DNA of 64,000 nucleotides from an uncultured Dehalococcoidia bacterium (GCA_950072105.1 CATMOE010000010.1:14387-78386); one strand, 5' to 3'; shown: positions 39,175-49,627, numbered from the stretch's first letter. Numbers and translations are program-made. The notes: a model not told the origin generated them from the sequence alone.

Positions 39175-39999
39175 GTGGCAGCCTCGCTAAGCGGCAAAGT
39201 CGTCGCCTTTTTGGAATCCCGCATGCAATCGGAGATGGCGGGGCTGATTGAACGCCATGGAGGCACACCCTACCCTGCTCCGGTCCTTCAGGAGGTCTAT
39301 CTGAAGGACAGCCCTGAAGTGCGGCGATTGATTCAGGATATCTGCGCCGAACAGGTCGATATAGTCGTCCTGCTCACCGGCGTGGGCACCCAAGCCCTCG
39401 TCGAGACCGCCGCGTCCATGGGCCTGGAGCAAGATTTTCTCCGGAGCCTGAACACCCGGACCATCATCGCCCGCAGCCCCAAGCCCGCCAGGGTGCTGCG
39501 CCGGCACAAGATTCACATCGACGTCATGCCGCCGGAACCCTACACCTCACAGGACTTGATCCAGGCCATACAGGATATGGACTTGTCCGGAAAAGAAGTG
39601 GCGGTGCAGGCATACGGCGGGCCCAACAGCTTCCTCAAACGCAGTTTGCAAGAAAGCGGCGCTAATGTTCGAGAAGTCACGCTGTATACCTGGGGGCTTC
39701 CCGAGGATACGGCGCCGGTGGTGCGGCTGATCGACGATCTGGCCCTGGGCGCGATCGATGCCATGGCATTCACCAGCCAACCCCAGGTTGAAAACCTGCT
39801 GACCGTCGCCGCTCAGATGGGAAGGGACGAATCCTTGAGGAAAAGTCTTGACCAACCGTCGCTGGCGATCGCTTCCATAGGACCGGTTTGCAGCCGGAAG
39901 CTGAGGGAGAAGCACATCAAGATCGACGTGGAACCGGAGCACGTTCACATGGGCAACCTGATAGTCGCCCTAGCCGAACACTTGGGTCCGGACGTTTAA
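39175..39999 (+). CDS. hemD: Uroporphyrinogen-III synthase
   Basis: ESR...L.ER.GG, LTGVG, ARSPKP, AFTSQPQV, SIGPVC. Confidence 0.85.
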   Translation: MAASLSGKVVAFLESRMQSEMAGLIERHGGTPYPAPVLQEVYLKDSPEVRRLIQDICAEQVDIVVLLTGVGTQALVETAASMGLEQDFLRSLNTRTIIARSPKPARVLRRHKIHIDVMPPEPYTSQDLIQAIQDMDLSGKEVAVQAYGGPNSFLKRSLQESGANVREVTLYTWGLPEDTAPVVRLIDDLALGAIDAMAFTSQPQVENLLTVAAQMGRDESLRKSLDQPSLAIASIGPVCSRKLREKHIKIDVEPEHVHMGNLIVALAEHLGPDV

Positions 40000-40013
40000 A
40001 GGGCGGCCAAACT

Positions 40014-40415
40014 CTAGCCGCTTTTCAGCCAGTTCTTGATCCGGTCCCACGGGGACTGGACCTCATCCACGGATCTTCCCCGCCACTTCTTCTCATAGGA
40101 AATGGATCTGGGCGTGACAAAAAACAGAAGGTAGGACACGGCGAGTAAACCAAGGCCTACCCAGATCAATGGCCAAAACCAGATTCCCGCTATCAAAACG
40201 ACCGCGCCGGTCAGCATTGCCTTTCCGGGTGAGACTCTTGGCAACCGCCAACGATAATTTGGACCTGCCGCAGGGGCCTCCCGGCTGGCGCGAATCGGCC
40301 TGGGACCTCGATCGACAACGCTTCTCCGTTCCCCTTCCTGCGGCTGTTCGCTGGGAGGCGCCTCGCCGACCCTCTTCAAGATTTCCTCTATCTCGTCTTG
40401 GTACTTCTCAGGCAT
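40014..40415 (-). CDS. Hypothetical membrane protein
   Basis: KYQDEIEEIL start, two TM segments, KKWRGR tail; SD GGAGG. Confidence 0.7.
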   Translation of the reverse strand: MPEKYQDEIEEILKRVGEAPPSEQPQEGERRSVVDRGPRPIRASREAPAAGPNYRWRLPRVSPGKAMLTGAVVLIAGIWFWPLIWVGLGLLAVSYLLFFVTPRSISYEKKWRGRSVDEVQSPWDRIKNWLKSG

Positions 40416-40807
40416 ACCGCCTCCAGTCAGGTAACTCTCGGTTGTGCCAGTAATTCTCTCTGGACCAGGCTGAAGGTTGGCTCCGATCGGTTCCGGCCCG
40501 ATACCACCGTTAGGCTATCGATTCCCAGGCTGCATCTGAGCCTAAATAGATACAGGGGTGAATTATACCGTACCCTGACAGTCGCCGGGAAGAGGAGAAT
40601 CCACTGAATTTCCCGTCCGTTCTCGATTCCGTCCCAGGACTAGTTGCGAAATCACAACGGCCTGGCCTTCTTGGAGCACCTTTCTAGTCATTGGAGCCTT
40701 ATTCTTCACTCTTGTGAATTGGCTCTTCATTGGGGTAGGATGCCGGAAGCAGGTACAATTCTCAACCGGTCCCCATGGAACCCCCGTGGTGGGAAAAGGA
40801 TTATCAC

Positions 40808-41845
40808 GTGGTTGAACAACTGATGTTGAGTGTGGTCGACCAGTCTCCTGTGAGGGACGGCGACTCCGCCGGAGACGCTCTCCGAGATACCATCGAATTG
40901 GCGGCGGTGGTGGAAAAACTAGGATACCAACGGTATTGGCTGGCTGAGCACCACAGCATCGCCAACTTCGCCGGGACCAGCCCGGAAATACTGATCGGAC
41001 AGGTGGCCGCCCGCACCAAGACCATCCGGGTGGGCAGCGGCGGCGTGATGCTTTCCCATTACAGCGCGTTCAAGGTGGCGGAAAACTTCCGAATGTTGGA
41101 GGCGCTCTATCCCGGGCGCATCGACCTGGGCATCGGACGCGCCCCAGGAAGCGACCAACTGACCAACGCGGCCCTGTCCTACCCCAAACGCCCCGCTGAC
41201 ATCAGCCATTTCCCCCAACAGGTAACCGACGTGCTGGGCCACCTCGGGGGCAGTCTTGACGCCGAGCACATCTTTGCCGGCATCCGCGCCGGCCCCGTCC
41301 CCACAGGAATGCCCCATGTCTGGCTTCTGGGTTCCCGTTACGAAAGCGCATATATGGCGGCAAGCCTGGGCCTGCCCTTCGCCTACGCCCACTTTTTCGG
41401 CCTAGGAGTCGAAGAAGGTCCGCAAATAGTGGATGGATACCGTAAAAGCTTCAAACCGTCGGAATACCTGTCCGAGCCCAAGGTCAACATCGGCGTTCAG
41501 GTACTTTGCGCTGACACCGAAGAAGCGGCCCTACGCATAGCCTCGAGCCGCAACCTGGCCCGCCTCAAGTCGGTCACCGGACGGGCGAGGGGCGTACCCA
41601 CCATCGAAGAAGCGCTGGCCTACGAGTACGCGCCCAACGAGGTAGCCTATACCCAGCAATATACCAGGCTCTGCGTCGATGGCACGCCGGAGCAGGTGAA
41701 AGAACGGCTGGACGAACTGGCCGAGATGTACCAGACCCAAGATCTGAGCATCGTTACGATCTGCTACGCCTTTGCCGACCGGGTCCGCTCCTACGAGTTG
41801 GTGGCTCAGGTCTGCGGGCTGGAGCAAGGGCCGGGTAGCTGCTAG
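40808..41845 (+). CDS. Luciferase-like (LLM) flavin-dependent oxidoreductase, YhbW-like
   Basis: RYWLAEHH, IRVGSGGVML.HYS, GRIDLGIGRAPG, WLLGS. Confidence 0.92.
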   Translation: MVEQLMLSVVDQSPVRDGDSAGDALRDTIELAAVVEKLGYQRYWLAEHHSIANFAGTSPEILIGQVAARTKTIRVGSGGVMLSHYSAFKVAENFRMLEALYPGRIDLGIGRAPGSDQLTNAALSYPKRPADISHFPQQVTDVLGHLGGSLDAEHIFAGIRAGPVPTGMPHVWLLGSRYESAYMAASLGLPFAYAHFFGLGVEEGPQIVDGYRKSFKPSEYLSEPKVNIGVQVLCADTEEAALRIASSRNLARLKSVTGRARGVPTIEEALAYEYAPNEVAYTQQYTRLCVDGTPEQVKERLDELAEMYQTQDLSIVTICYAFADRVRSYELVAQVCGLEQGPGSC

Positions 41846-42697
41846 ATCCCCTTGAACCACTGGCCAAAATCGGCGGCCAATCCGCTATCCCCCTCCACCG
41901 CCAACCGGCCGGCGGCGATGGCCGGAGACGGGGCTAAGCGTCCGTTGAGCAGCAGCAGGAAGGTTTCCGTGTCGCATCGAAACGTCACGTCGGCGCGACC
42001 CTCCCCGGCATCTTCCAAACGGAACTGATCGCCAGCCATGGCAATCTCCACGCTGATCGGGACTGGTTTACTCACGTCGAAGCGATAGCGTACCGGAGCC
42101 GGCAAGCTGGGGGCCCGGCCAAAATGCCCAGGGAAGAGACCCGGACGCAATAGAGTTGGCGAGCAGAATCATGATTGAGGGCAGACACTCCCGGGATAGA
42201 CCGGCATCCGGCTCCAGCGCGGAGCGGATGTCCCACTCGTGCAGAGCCAGTTCTTTTAACCTCAAGTCGATGAAATTACCTGCCGGGACGATACCGCCCG
42301 GGTGATAGCAGGGCGTTTCCAGCCGTTCCGGCCCCAACCCCGCCAGCACATCGGCCAACTGACCGTCCCGCTGTTTGAGGGTCGCAAGCAATTGGTCGCC
42401 AAGCATCTCGGCGTTTGCGATGGCCCCTTGGGCGATGCGCTCACCGGAGGACGCTCCGGTGGCGGTACCGGGATCAGGCCGGCCTTCGGGAGCGGTCGTA
42501 TCTCCCTACAACCCGCACTCCACGGTTGTCGCATATAACTCCGATACTCCGCTCAAATGGGCTACAACGTGGCGCACCTCCCAACGGTCGCAGGCGCTTT
42601 GATGGGTCCACGCCGTTTCCGCCAGACCGGCCAGGTACCCTTGCACACGCTCCATCTCCGATCGGAGCACCTTCACCCGGTTCTCATGCATGGTCAT
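41842..42697 (-). pseudogene. Maleylpyruvate isomerase/DinB-type (MDMPI) protein with SCP2 domain, broken by a TAG and a frameshift
   Basis: S.C..W.VRHVVAHL, E...HEWDI, SCP2 tail; in-frame TAG at 42506-08; extra base in the G5 run at 42109-42113. Confidence 0.85.
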
Positions 42698-42752
42698 GCT
42701 GATTTCCTTCTCGCCGGTGGTTGCTTGCGGTCACCCCGTTGAATCCCGTCTC

Positions 42753-43466
42753 CTACGACTCCAGTTGGTCGGCGAGATCCACAAAGTTGCTGGCAACGAA
42801 GTCGAAAGACGGGTCGGGAGTGGGGTCCGGTTTGTTGTTGGGGCCGCGCTCCATGGGACGGGGGACGAAGGCCGACTTGAGGCCAACCTTCTGCGCAGAC
42901 AATAGATCGCCCTGGTGGGCCGCCACCATCATTACCTGGTGGGGTTTCAAGCCCAACAGGTCCACCGCCGTTTGGTAGCTCTCCGGGTCCGGTTTGTAAT
43001 GTCTGGCCAACTCCGCGCCAAGGATGCAATCCCAGGGCAGGCCGGCGTATTTTCCCATGTTAGTCATTAAAGCAACGTTGCCGTTGGACATGGGCGCCAG
43101 GATGAAACGGCGTTTTAGCCGCCACAGTCCCGGCGCCGAATCGGGCCAGCCGTCCAGACGATGCCAGGCCAGGTTGAACTCGGCTTTAGTCTCCTCGCTG
43201 AGGCCATGGATCTCGAACTCGCCCAGCACGTCCTCCAGAGCCATCCTGTGCAGCGCGTCCAAGTTGGTCCAAGGCAACTCCCCGCTGCGTACTTTATCCA
43301 TGTAGGGCCGGTATTTGGACCGCCAGGAATCTGCGAATGCCTCCCAGTCGGCCTTCAGACCGTTGGCTTTGCCGAATTCCTGGCCTTGCCTGGTAATGGA
43401 AGTCCGCCAATCAACCACCGTGCCAAAGACATCAAATATCAGGGCCTTCACGCCGGAAGAGTCCAT
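42753..43466 (-). CDS. Haloacid dehalogenase type II
   Basis: FDVFGTVVDW, WPDS, SNGN, YKPDP..Y, VAAH..DL. Confidence 0.92.
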   Translation of the reverse strand: MDSSGVKALIFDVFGTVVDWRTSITRQGQEFGKANGLKADWEAFADSWRSKYRPYMDKVRSGELPWTNLDALHRMALEDVLGEFEIHGLSEETKAEFNLAWHRLDGWPDSAPGLWRLKRRFILAPMSNGNVALMTNMGKYAGLPWDCILGAELARHYKPDPESYQTAVDLLGLKPHQVMMVAAHQGDLLSAQKVGLKSAFVPRPMERGPNNKPDPTPDPSFDFVASNFVDLADQLES

Positions 43467-43506
43467 CTTCTTTTCCTCCCCAAATCCGTATAGCCAAAGT
43501 GGACGA

Positions 43507-43575
43507 TCCTTCGACAGGCTCAGGACGAACGGGGGAAATCAACCCCCTCCGTTCGTGGTGAGCTTGTCGAACCAC
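43507..43575. repeat. Dispersed palindromic element, copy 2 of 3
   Basis: Arms identical to 12350-12423, different loop. Confidence 0.85.
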
Positions 43576-43714
43576 ATTTCTAGGCAGTTACTAGATGCTC
43601 GTGGCCGAGGCTCATAGCCGCCCAGCATTGGCAAGATACCCACCGGTGGACGGCTTGTCAAATGGCCGGTGATATAATCCTGGGCATCTTCCCGGTAAAG
43701 CTTAAAGAGGCAAA

Positions 43715-44677
43715 TTGAAACGAATTATTATCGACACCGACCCGGGCATCGACGACGCAGCCGCCATCCTGCTGGCCTTGGCCAGCCCCGAACTGTCGGT
43801 GGACGCCGTCACTACCGTATTCGGTAACGGCCCGGTGGACAGATGCACCGCCAACGCTAGCCGGGTACTGCTGGCCGCCGGACGCACCGATATACCGGTT
43901 TATCAGGGAGCAGCCAAACCCTTGGTACGCCCGCCCAATGCCGGATGGGCCCTCCACATTCACGGCGACGATGCCCTGGGGAACACCGGCTTTCCCCTAC
44001 CCGCCGAAACACCTCAACCCGGCGAAACCCGGCATGCGGCGCTGGAATTAGTCGACAGGGTTATGGCTTCCCCGGGGGAGATCACCATTGTGGCGCTGGG
44101 GCGATTGACCAACGTAGCGCTAGCCTTGAGCCTTGAGTCTCGGTTTGCCCAAAGCGTGGCTCGTATCGTCGTTATGGGGGGAGCGGTATACGTGCCGGGT
44201 AACGTCTCCCCAGTGGCGTCGGCCAACTTATACGAAGACCCGGAGGCGGCGTCCATCGTGTACTCCTCCGGAGCTCCCCTGGCCCAGGTCGGGCTGGACG
44301 TTTGCAACATGGTAAACATCAGCCGGGATCAGTTGGAACAGATCCAGCGAGCGGGAAAGGCCACCACGAGATTGCTGGCGGCCGCTACACCCTCGCTACA
44401 CGATTCCTACGTGGCGCGCGGGCTTCTGAAAGAAGAGGAGGGGGTGCGTTACAACGACATGCCGGCCATCGCCTTCATGGTAGACCCGGACCTGTTTGGC
44501 TGCTCGGACATGTTCGTGGAAATCGAAACCCAAAGCCCCACCTCCCGAGGCCAGACAGTGGCCCAACGTGCCGGCCCCGGCGTACCCCCGCCCAACGTCA
44601 CCGTCTGCCTGGAGGTAGACGGTGACAGAGTTGCCCGGCTGTTCACGGAGCGTATCGTTGGCTACGGCGCACCGTGA
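43715..44677 (+). CDS. Inosine-uridine preferring nucleoside hydrolase
   Basis: IIDTDPGIDD, HG.D.LG, LTNVA, MGG, N...DPEAA. Confidence 0.9.
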   Translation: MKRIIIDTDPGIDDAAAILLALASPELSVDAVTTVFGNGPVDRCTANASRVLLAAGRTDIPVYQGAAKPLVRPPNAGWALHIHGDDALGNTGFPLPAETPQPGETRHAALELVDRVMASPGEITIVALGRLTNVALALSLESRFAQSVARIVVMGGAVYVPGNVSPVASANLYEDPEAASIVYSSGAPLAQVGLDVCNMVNISRDQLEQIQRAGKATTRLLAAATPSLHDSYVARGLLKEEEGVRYNDMPAIAFMVDPDLFGCSDMFVEIETQSPTSRGQTVAQRAGPGVPPPNVTVCLEVDGDRVARLFTERIVGYGAP

Positions 44678-44725
44678 ACACCAGTCAACTAGAACTACGT
44701 CTCAGACAAGTCGTACCGATGCCGA

Positions 44726-45196
44726 TTAAAGGCCGTCTACCGCCGCTTGGACCTCGTCGTAATCAGGCTCGACTCCGGGATTGGGGCCGATCCATGTGTA
44801 TCGGATCACGCCTTCCTTGTCTACGACAAAGACGGCTCTCTTGGCCGCCACGTAGCCGTCCATGCCGGCGAAATTCTCCAGAGCCACGTCGTACTGGTTG
44901 ACCACCTGACGGGTGAAATCGCTCAGCAGCGGGAAATTCAGGTTATTCTGGTCGCTGAAAACCTTCTGGGCGAACGCCCCATCTACGCTGATGCCGAGTA
45001 CCTGACTGTTCAGGGAATTAAACCGTTCCATCCGGTCCCTGAAAGTGCACATCTCAGTAGTGCAAACCCCGGTAAACGCTCCTGGGTAGAAGGCCAAGAC
45101 CACGCTTTTGCCTCGAAACTCTGCCAAAGACCGCTGTTGCCGGTCAGCATCGTAAAGGGTGAAATCCGGCGCCGGTTGTCCCACTTCCACTGCCAT
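44726..45196 (-). CDS. Peroxiredoxin (BCP/AhpE-like)
   Basis: FYPGAFTGVCTTEMC, GISVD, PLLSD, RAVFV.D. Confidence 0.92.
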   Translation of the reverse strand: MAVEVGQPAPDFTLYDADRQQRSLAEFRGKSVVLAFYPGAFTGVCTTEMCTFRDRMERFNSLNSQVLGISVDGAFAQKVFSDQNNLNFPLLSDFTRQVVNQYDVALENFAGMDGYVAAKRAVFVVDKEGVIRYTWIGPNPGVEPDYDEVQAAVDGL

Positions 45197-45418
45197 AAAT
45201 ATCCTCCTGCACAGCCGCCAGCCAATCGCCGGCCGCTGGAAATCAATTATTCTAGCCGTATCTGTTCGGCTTTGGCCTATGTTAACACAGGCTCGGCGAT
45301 CGGAAGCACCGGAGGCTACCTTTCAGCTTGGAAACAGCTACATCGTGGTACAATTGCCCGGCTCCGTCTAGAAGGGCGGCAGATCAATCACTAGAGCGAT
45401 CACGGGAGCAAGCAAGCT

Positions 45419-47020
45419 ATGTATTTTGATTCACGGCGTTCCACGGTCCTGGCAACCCACGGTATGGTCGCGACCAGCCAGCCCCTAGCGGCAATGGCCG
45501 GTGTACGCGTCTTGATGGACGGGGGCAACGCCGTGGACGCCGCCATCGCCAGCGCCGCGGTGCTCAACGTGGTGGAGCCGGTATCCACCGGCGTGGGCGG
45601 CGACATGTTCGCTCTGATATGGAACAACAAGGAAAAGAGTGTCCGGTCGATAAACGGCAGCGGCCGCGCCCCCATGGGAGCGACGATCGATGCGCTGAAA
45701 GCCGAAGGACACAGCATGATGCCGCAAAAAGGCGTCCACTCTGTTACCGTGCCAGGAGCCGTCCATGGATGGGAAACCCTGCTGGAAAGCTGCGGGACCA
45801 TGCCACTGTCCCATCTCCTGCAACCCGCGATAAAGTACGCCGAGGAAGGTTTTCCCGTATCCGACATCATCTCCTTCCAATGGTCCAAAATGGTGGAGAC
45901 GCTATCCCGGCTCCCCTCCGGTCAGGAGATGTTGCTAAATGGAAAGGCCCCCAAGCACGGCGAGATGATGCGCATCCCCACGTTGGGCCGTACCCTGAGG
46001 GCCGTGGCCGAGGGAGGGTCGGAAGCCTTCTATAAAGGCGATATCGCGGCGAAGTTGGCGGAGTTCATACAGGAGCAGGGCGGGTGTATGACCACCGCCG
46101 ACATGGCCAATCACACTTCCGATTGGCAGGACCCCATCTCCACCGACTACCGGGGCGTGACCTGCTGGGAATGCCCGCCCAGCGACCAGGGTGTGGCCGC
46201 TCTGGAAGCGTTGAACATCATCGAAGGTTACGACATCGCGGCGATGGGTTCCCAGACCGCCGACACGTATCACCATCTGATCGAGGCGATGCGTCTGGCT
46301 TTTGCCGACGCCTTCCAATACGTCGCCGACCCCGACTTCGCCCAGGTGCCGACCGCCGAAATGCTGTCCAAAGACTTTGCCAAAAAGCGCCGCGCGCTGA
46401 TAGATCCCAGGCGGGCTTTGGAAACCGTCCCTTACGGCAAGATCCAAGGCGGCAGCGACACCGTCTACATCAGCGCGGTGGACGGTGAAGGCAACGCTTG
46501 CTCCTTCATCTACAGCATCTATTCCAACTTTGGGTCCGGCATGGTGGTGCCAGGAACCGGCATAGTGCTGCACAATAGGGGCGCCCTCTTCTCGCTGGAA
46601 CCCGGCCACGTCAACGCTCTGGAGGGAGGCAAACGACCCTACCACACCATAATCCCCGGGCTGGCGACCAAGGACAACGAACTGTACCTTTGCTACGGCG
46701 TGATGGGCGCATTCATGCAACCCCAGGGGCACCTCCAAGTGATCAGCAACCTGGTGGACCACGGCATGGACGCTCAGGCTGCCCTTAATGCCCTGCGGTT
46801 CATCGTCACGGAAGCCGACGTTTCCTTGGAAGAAGGCATCTCTCCCCAGGTGTTAGCCGATCTGGATAACCGGGGACATAACACCAAGATGATCAGCAGC
46901 TACTACCGGGGCATGTCCGGCGGGATGGGCGGCGCCCAGTTGATCCAACGAGACCCCGGCACCGGCGTCCTACACGGCGCGTCCGAACCCCGTAAAGACG
47001 GCTGCGCCATCGGCTGGTAA
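45419..47020 (+). CDS. ggt: Gamma-glutamyltransferase
   Basis: GGNAVDAA, DTVY nucleophile Thr, NRG, KRPYHTI, GVMG..MQPQ. Confidence 0.92.
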   Translation: MYFDSRRSTVLATHGMVATSQPLAAMAGVRVLMDGGNAVDAAIASAAVLNVVEPVSTGVGGDMFALIWNNKEKSVRSINGSGRAPMGATIDALKAEGHSMMPQKGVHSVTVPGAVHGWETLLESCGTMPLSHLLQPAIKYAEEGFPVSDIISFQWSKMVETLSRLPSGQEMLLNGKAPKHGEMMRIPTLGRTLRAVAEGGSEAFYKGDIAAKLAEFIQEQGGCMTTADMANHTSDWQDPISTDYRGVTCWECPPSDQGVAALEALNIIEGYDIAAMGSQTADTYHHLIEAMRLAFADAFQYVADPDFAQVPTAEMLSKDFAKKRRALIDPRRALETVPYGKIQGGSDTVYISAVDGEGNACSFIYSIYSNFGSGMVVPGTGIVLHNRGALFSLEPGHVNALEGGKRPYHTIIPGLATKDNELYLCYGVMGAFMQPQGHLQVISNLVDHGMDAQAALNALRFIVTEADVSLEEGISPQVLADLDNRGHNTKMISSYYRGMSGGMGGAQLIQRDPGTGVLHGASEPRKDGCAIGW

Positions 47021-47149
47021 GGATTGTAGAGGCCGGATCAGCTTGTAAGTCTTCCTGCGTTGACACTAACCGAACCCGCAGGTAGACTCCGAAATGTATC
47101 GCAAGTTCACACCGTCCTTAAAAGTTGGTTTGCATCGATAGGAGTTCCC

Positions 47150-48115
47150 ATGGCACAGCCAGATAAGAACCGGTCCTTTTACTCCAAATATTTTCGGGAA
47201 GGCGAAGTTCTGCACGGATTGCAGGTCCAGCCGGACGACCGCGAGTGGGTTCTATCCGTGCCTAAAGACGACGTTAAACCACATGATGTAGTCCTGTATC
47301 TGGGATGCAACGTGTTGAAAACCAGCAATCTAGTTCAGACGGTGGTGGATATATTCAAGTTGATGGATGTGGACTTCGTCGCGGTGGGCGGCGCCTCTTA
47401 TTGCTGCGGGATCCAGCATTTCCAGCGAGGGGACGAGTCAGCGGCTCGCTCGATGTCGCGCACAACCATGGATAATTTCAAAAAGTTCCAGCCCGAGCAG
47501 GTGGTGATGTGGTGTCCTTCCTGCATCTACTTCTACGATGACATCATGGACCTAAAGGAAGAGATGCCCTTCCAGCACGTGACCGAATTCCTGATGCAGA
47601 ACCTGGACAAGCTGGACTTCAAGCCCCAGCCGGAAGCGAAAGTGAGCCTGCACTACCATACGGGAAGGGAACAATCGGACATTGAGGCCCGCTCCGCTTT
47701 TCAACTTCTGTCCTTATTACCGGGCATCGAAGTGGCCGACTTGGGTAGCGATGCCCGGCTCAGCCGCCACTGCACGGCCGCGGCAAGGGAAAAAACCGGC
47801 GCCGAGATATGGGACGGCATCATCAAGGGATCATTCGACCGGGCCGTGGAAGAAAACGTGGACATCTACTCCACCCTATACCACGGTTGCCAGCGTGACC
47901 TTTGCCGCCACGAAAAAGACTACCCCCTAAGGGTTGACCACTACCTGACGTTGGTGGGACGGGCGCTGGGCATCGAACATGAGGACCTGTACAAGAAATA
48001 CATGATGATGGGCGACCTGGAAGGCATCCTAGCTGAAACCAGCCCCTGTTCCGTTGCCAGCGGCATCAAGCCGGAAGAGGCCCGAGAGATCATACAGAAG
48101 ACTTTCGTGAGCTAG
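47150..48115 (+). CDS. CCG-domain (HdrB/GlpC-like) Fe-S protein
   Basis: YLGC, YCCG, WCPSC, degenerate second repeat HC...HGC; promoter TTGACA-17-TAGACT at 47060-47088. Confidence 0.75.
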   Translation: MAQPDKNRSFYSKYFREGEVLHGLQVQPDDREWVLSVPKDDVKPHDVVLYLGCNVLKTSNLVQTVVDIFKLMDVDFVAVGGASYCCGIQHFQRGDESAARSMSRTTMDNFKKFQPEQVVMWCPSCIYFYDDIMDLKEEMPFQHVTEFLMQNLDKLDFKPQPEAKVSLHYHTGREQSDIEARSAFQLLSLLPGIEVADLGSDARLSRHCTAAAREKTGAEIWDGIIKGSFDRAVEENVDIYSTLYHGCQRDLCRHEKDYPLRVDHYLTLVGRALGIEHEDLYKKYMMMGDLEGILAETSPCSVASGIKPEEAREIIQKTFVS

Positions 48116-48183
48116 GGCGGCCCTGACTTCTCGGAACCGGCTTCGTCCGGCGGCAGATGTCTGCTGCCGGCGGTTAGCCAGTT

Positions 48184-48258
48184 AGATCGCGTCATCACCT
48201 CTTTGGCAAACAACTCCATGAACCGCATCACCTTGTCTTGCTCCAATTTCTGATGTGC
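48184..48258 (-). pseudogene. Remnant of an LLM monooxygenase C-terminus
   Basis: LEQDKVMRFMELFAKEVM resembles the typical LLM ending; no intact upstream frame. Confidence 0.5.
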
Positions 48259-48401
48259 GTGTTGGCCCCGAACCACTGAACGTCGTGCCGGCGCTCCAGA
48301 CCGGTTGACCCTCCCCCACGGTTCCCATACAATTGGCTTCCGAATCGTTCCTAGCATATTGAACGCAACGCCCTCGCGTATATCGGGAGGCAGGAGGAAC
48401 C

Positions 48402-49229
48402 ATGGCGCAAGAAGGATATTCGCATCCGGAGTTCTTGGTGGATGCCGAGTGGGTGGACGCCCATAAGGACGATGCCAACGTTGTTATCGTTGATTGCGAC
48501 GTCGAGGTAGGCTTTGTCCGGGGCCACATCCCCGAGTCCGTGTTGGTGCCCGACAACTACGAGAAGAACCCGGACACGGGCCGGGTCCTTCTGATGGAAC
48601 CGGACCAGTTCAAGGCCATGTGTCAGGGACTGGGTATCGGTGACGACACTCTAGTCATCGCATACGACAACTCCCAGAGCCTCACTGCCGCCCGGCTGTG
48701 GTGGGCGCTTAACACCTATGGCCACGGCAACGTCAAGGTGCTGGACGGCGGGTGGCGCCGCTGGGTGTCCGAGGGCCACAAGATCAGCTTCGACCGTGCC
48801 CACCCCAACACCAACGTGACCTTCACTCCCAAGCGCGATGAGTCGCTGCTAGTCAAGGTCGACGAACTCAAAGCCGCCTGTAATCTGGACAGCGCGGTTA
48901 TCTGGGACGTGCGGAGCAACGGAGAGTGGGACGGCAGCGCTGGCCGGGGCAACAAGCGAGTCGGCCACGTACCGGGAGCGGTGCATCTGGAATGGTTCAA
49001 CCTGATGGACCGGGACACGCACCAGTTCAAGTCCGCCGGAGACATACGGCGCATCTTGTCTGAGAATGGCATCACGCCGGACAAGAACGTTTACACGTAT
49101 TGACAGGGTGGCATCCGAGCGGCGAACAGTGTGTTCGTCATGCAGTTGGTGGGATACAACAACACTAAGAACTACGATGGCTCCATGGGCGAATGGGCCA
49201 ACATGGAGGACACTCCGCTGGAGGTCTAA
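48402..49229 (+). CDS. Two-domain sulfurtransferase (rhodanese) with selenocysteine at the active site
   Basis: In-frame TGA 49101-03 in TY*QGGIRAA at the catalytic Cys position; frame continues to NYDGSMGEW and TAA 49227-29. Confidence 0.9.
49111..49143 (+). promoter_or_regulatory. SECIS-like hairpin
   Basis: GGCGAAC-AGTGT-GTTCGTC stem-loop (49121-39) with lower GCAT/ATGC pair; G-containing loop about 25 nt after UGA. Confidence 0.7.
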
Positions 49230-49276
49230 GCGGCAACCAAGCAATGAAATGATATGAGGAGCTTCGGACGGACGAC

Positions 49277-49567
49277 ATAGCAACATACGTTATTGGCGCA
49301 GTGCTAAGTGTGAAAGACCCAGAGAAGTTCGCCGCCTACCAACAGGCCGCCGGACCCACCGTGGCCCTATACGGCGGCAAGATCTTGGGTGGCGGTACCA
49401 ACATTGAAGTTGCCGACGGAACCTGGTCACCCATCGGCATGGTGGTGATCGAGTTCGAAACCATGGCCAAGGCCAAGGAGTGGTACACATCGCCGGAATA
49501 CACCGCGGTAAAATCCGGGCGGTTGGACAGCACCGACGGCGGCTTGGTATTCCTGGACGCGGGTTAA
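49277..49567 (+). CDS. DUF1330 family protein; apparent start codon is ATA
   Basis: (I)ATYVIG..V.DPE.F..Y, YGG, VVIEF....AKEWY.SPEY. Confidence 0.75.
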   Translation: MATYVIGAVLSVKDPEKFAAYQQAAGPTVALYGGKILGGGTNIEVADGTWSPIGMVVIEFETMAKAKEWYTSPEYTAVKSGRLDSTDGGLVFLDAG

Positions 49568-49627
49568 TCCACTGGTCCAGGACCATCCGCGACGACTGCT
49601 GTATCACTTGATTGACAGTTTCGAGAC

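Noticed and set aside
40420..40800. Long intergenic region as an ncRNA
   Set aside because: No convincing stems or known motif; consistent with divergent promoters.
42506..42508. In-frame TAG as pyrrolysine
   Set aside because: No pyl genes seen, the site is not catalytic, and the same gene also has a frameshift; a nonsense mutation is simpler.
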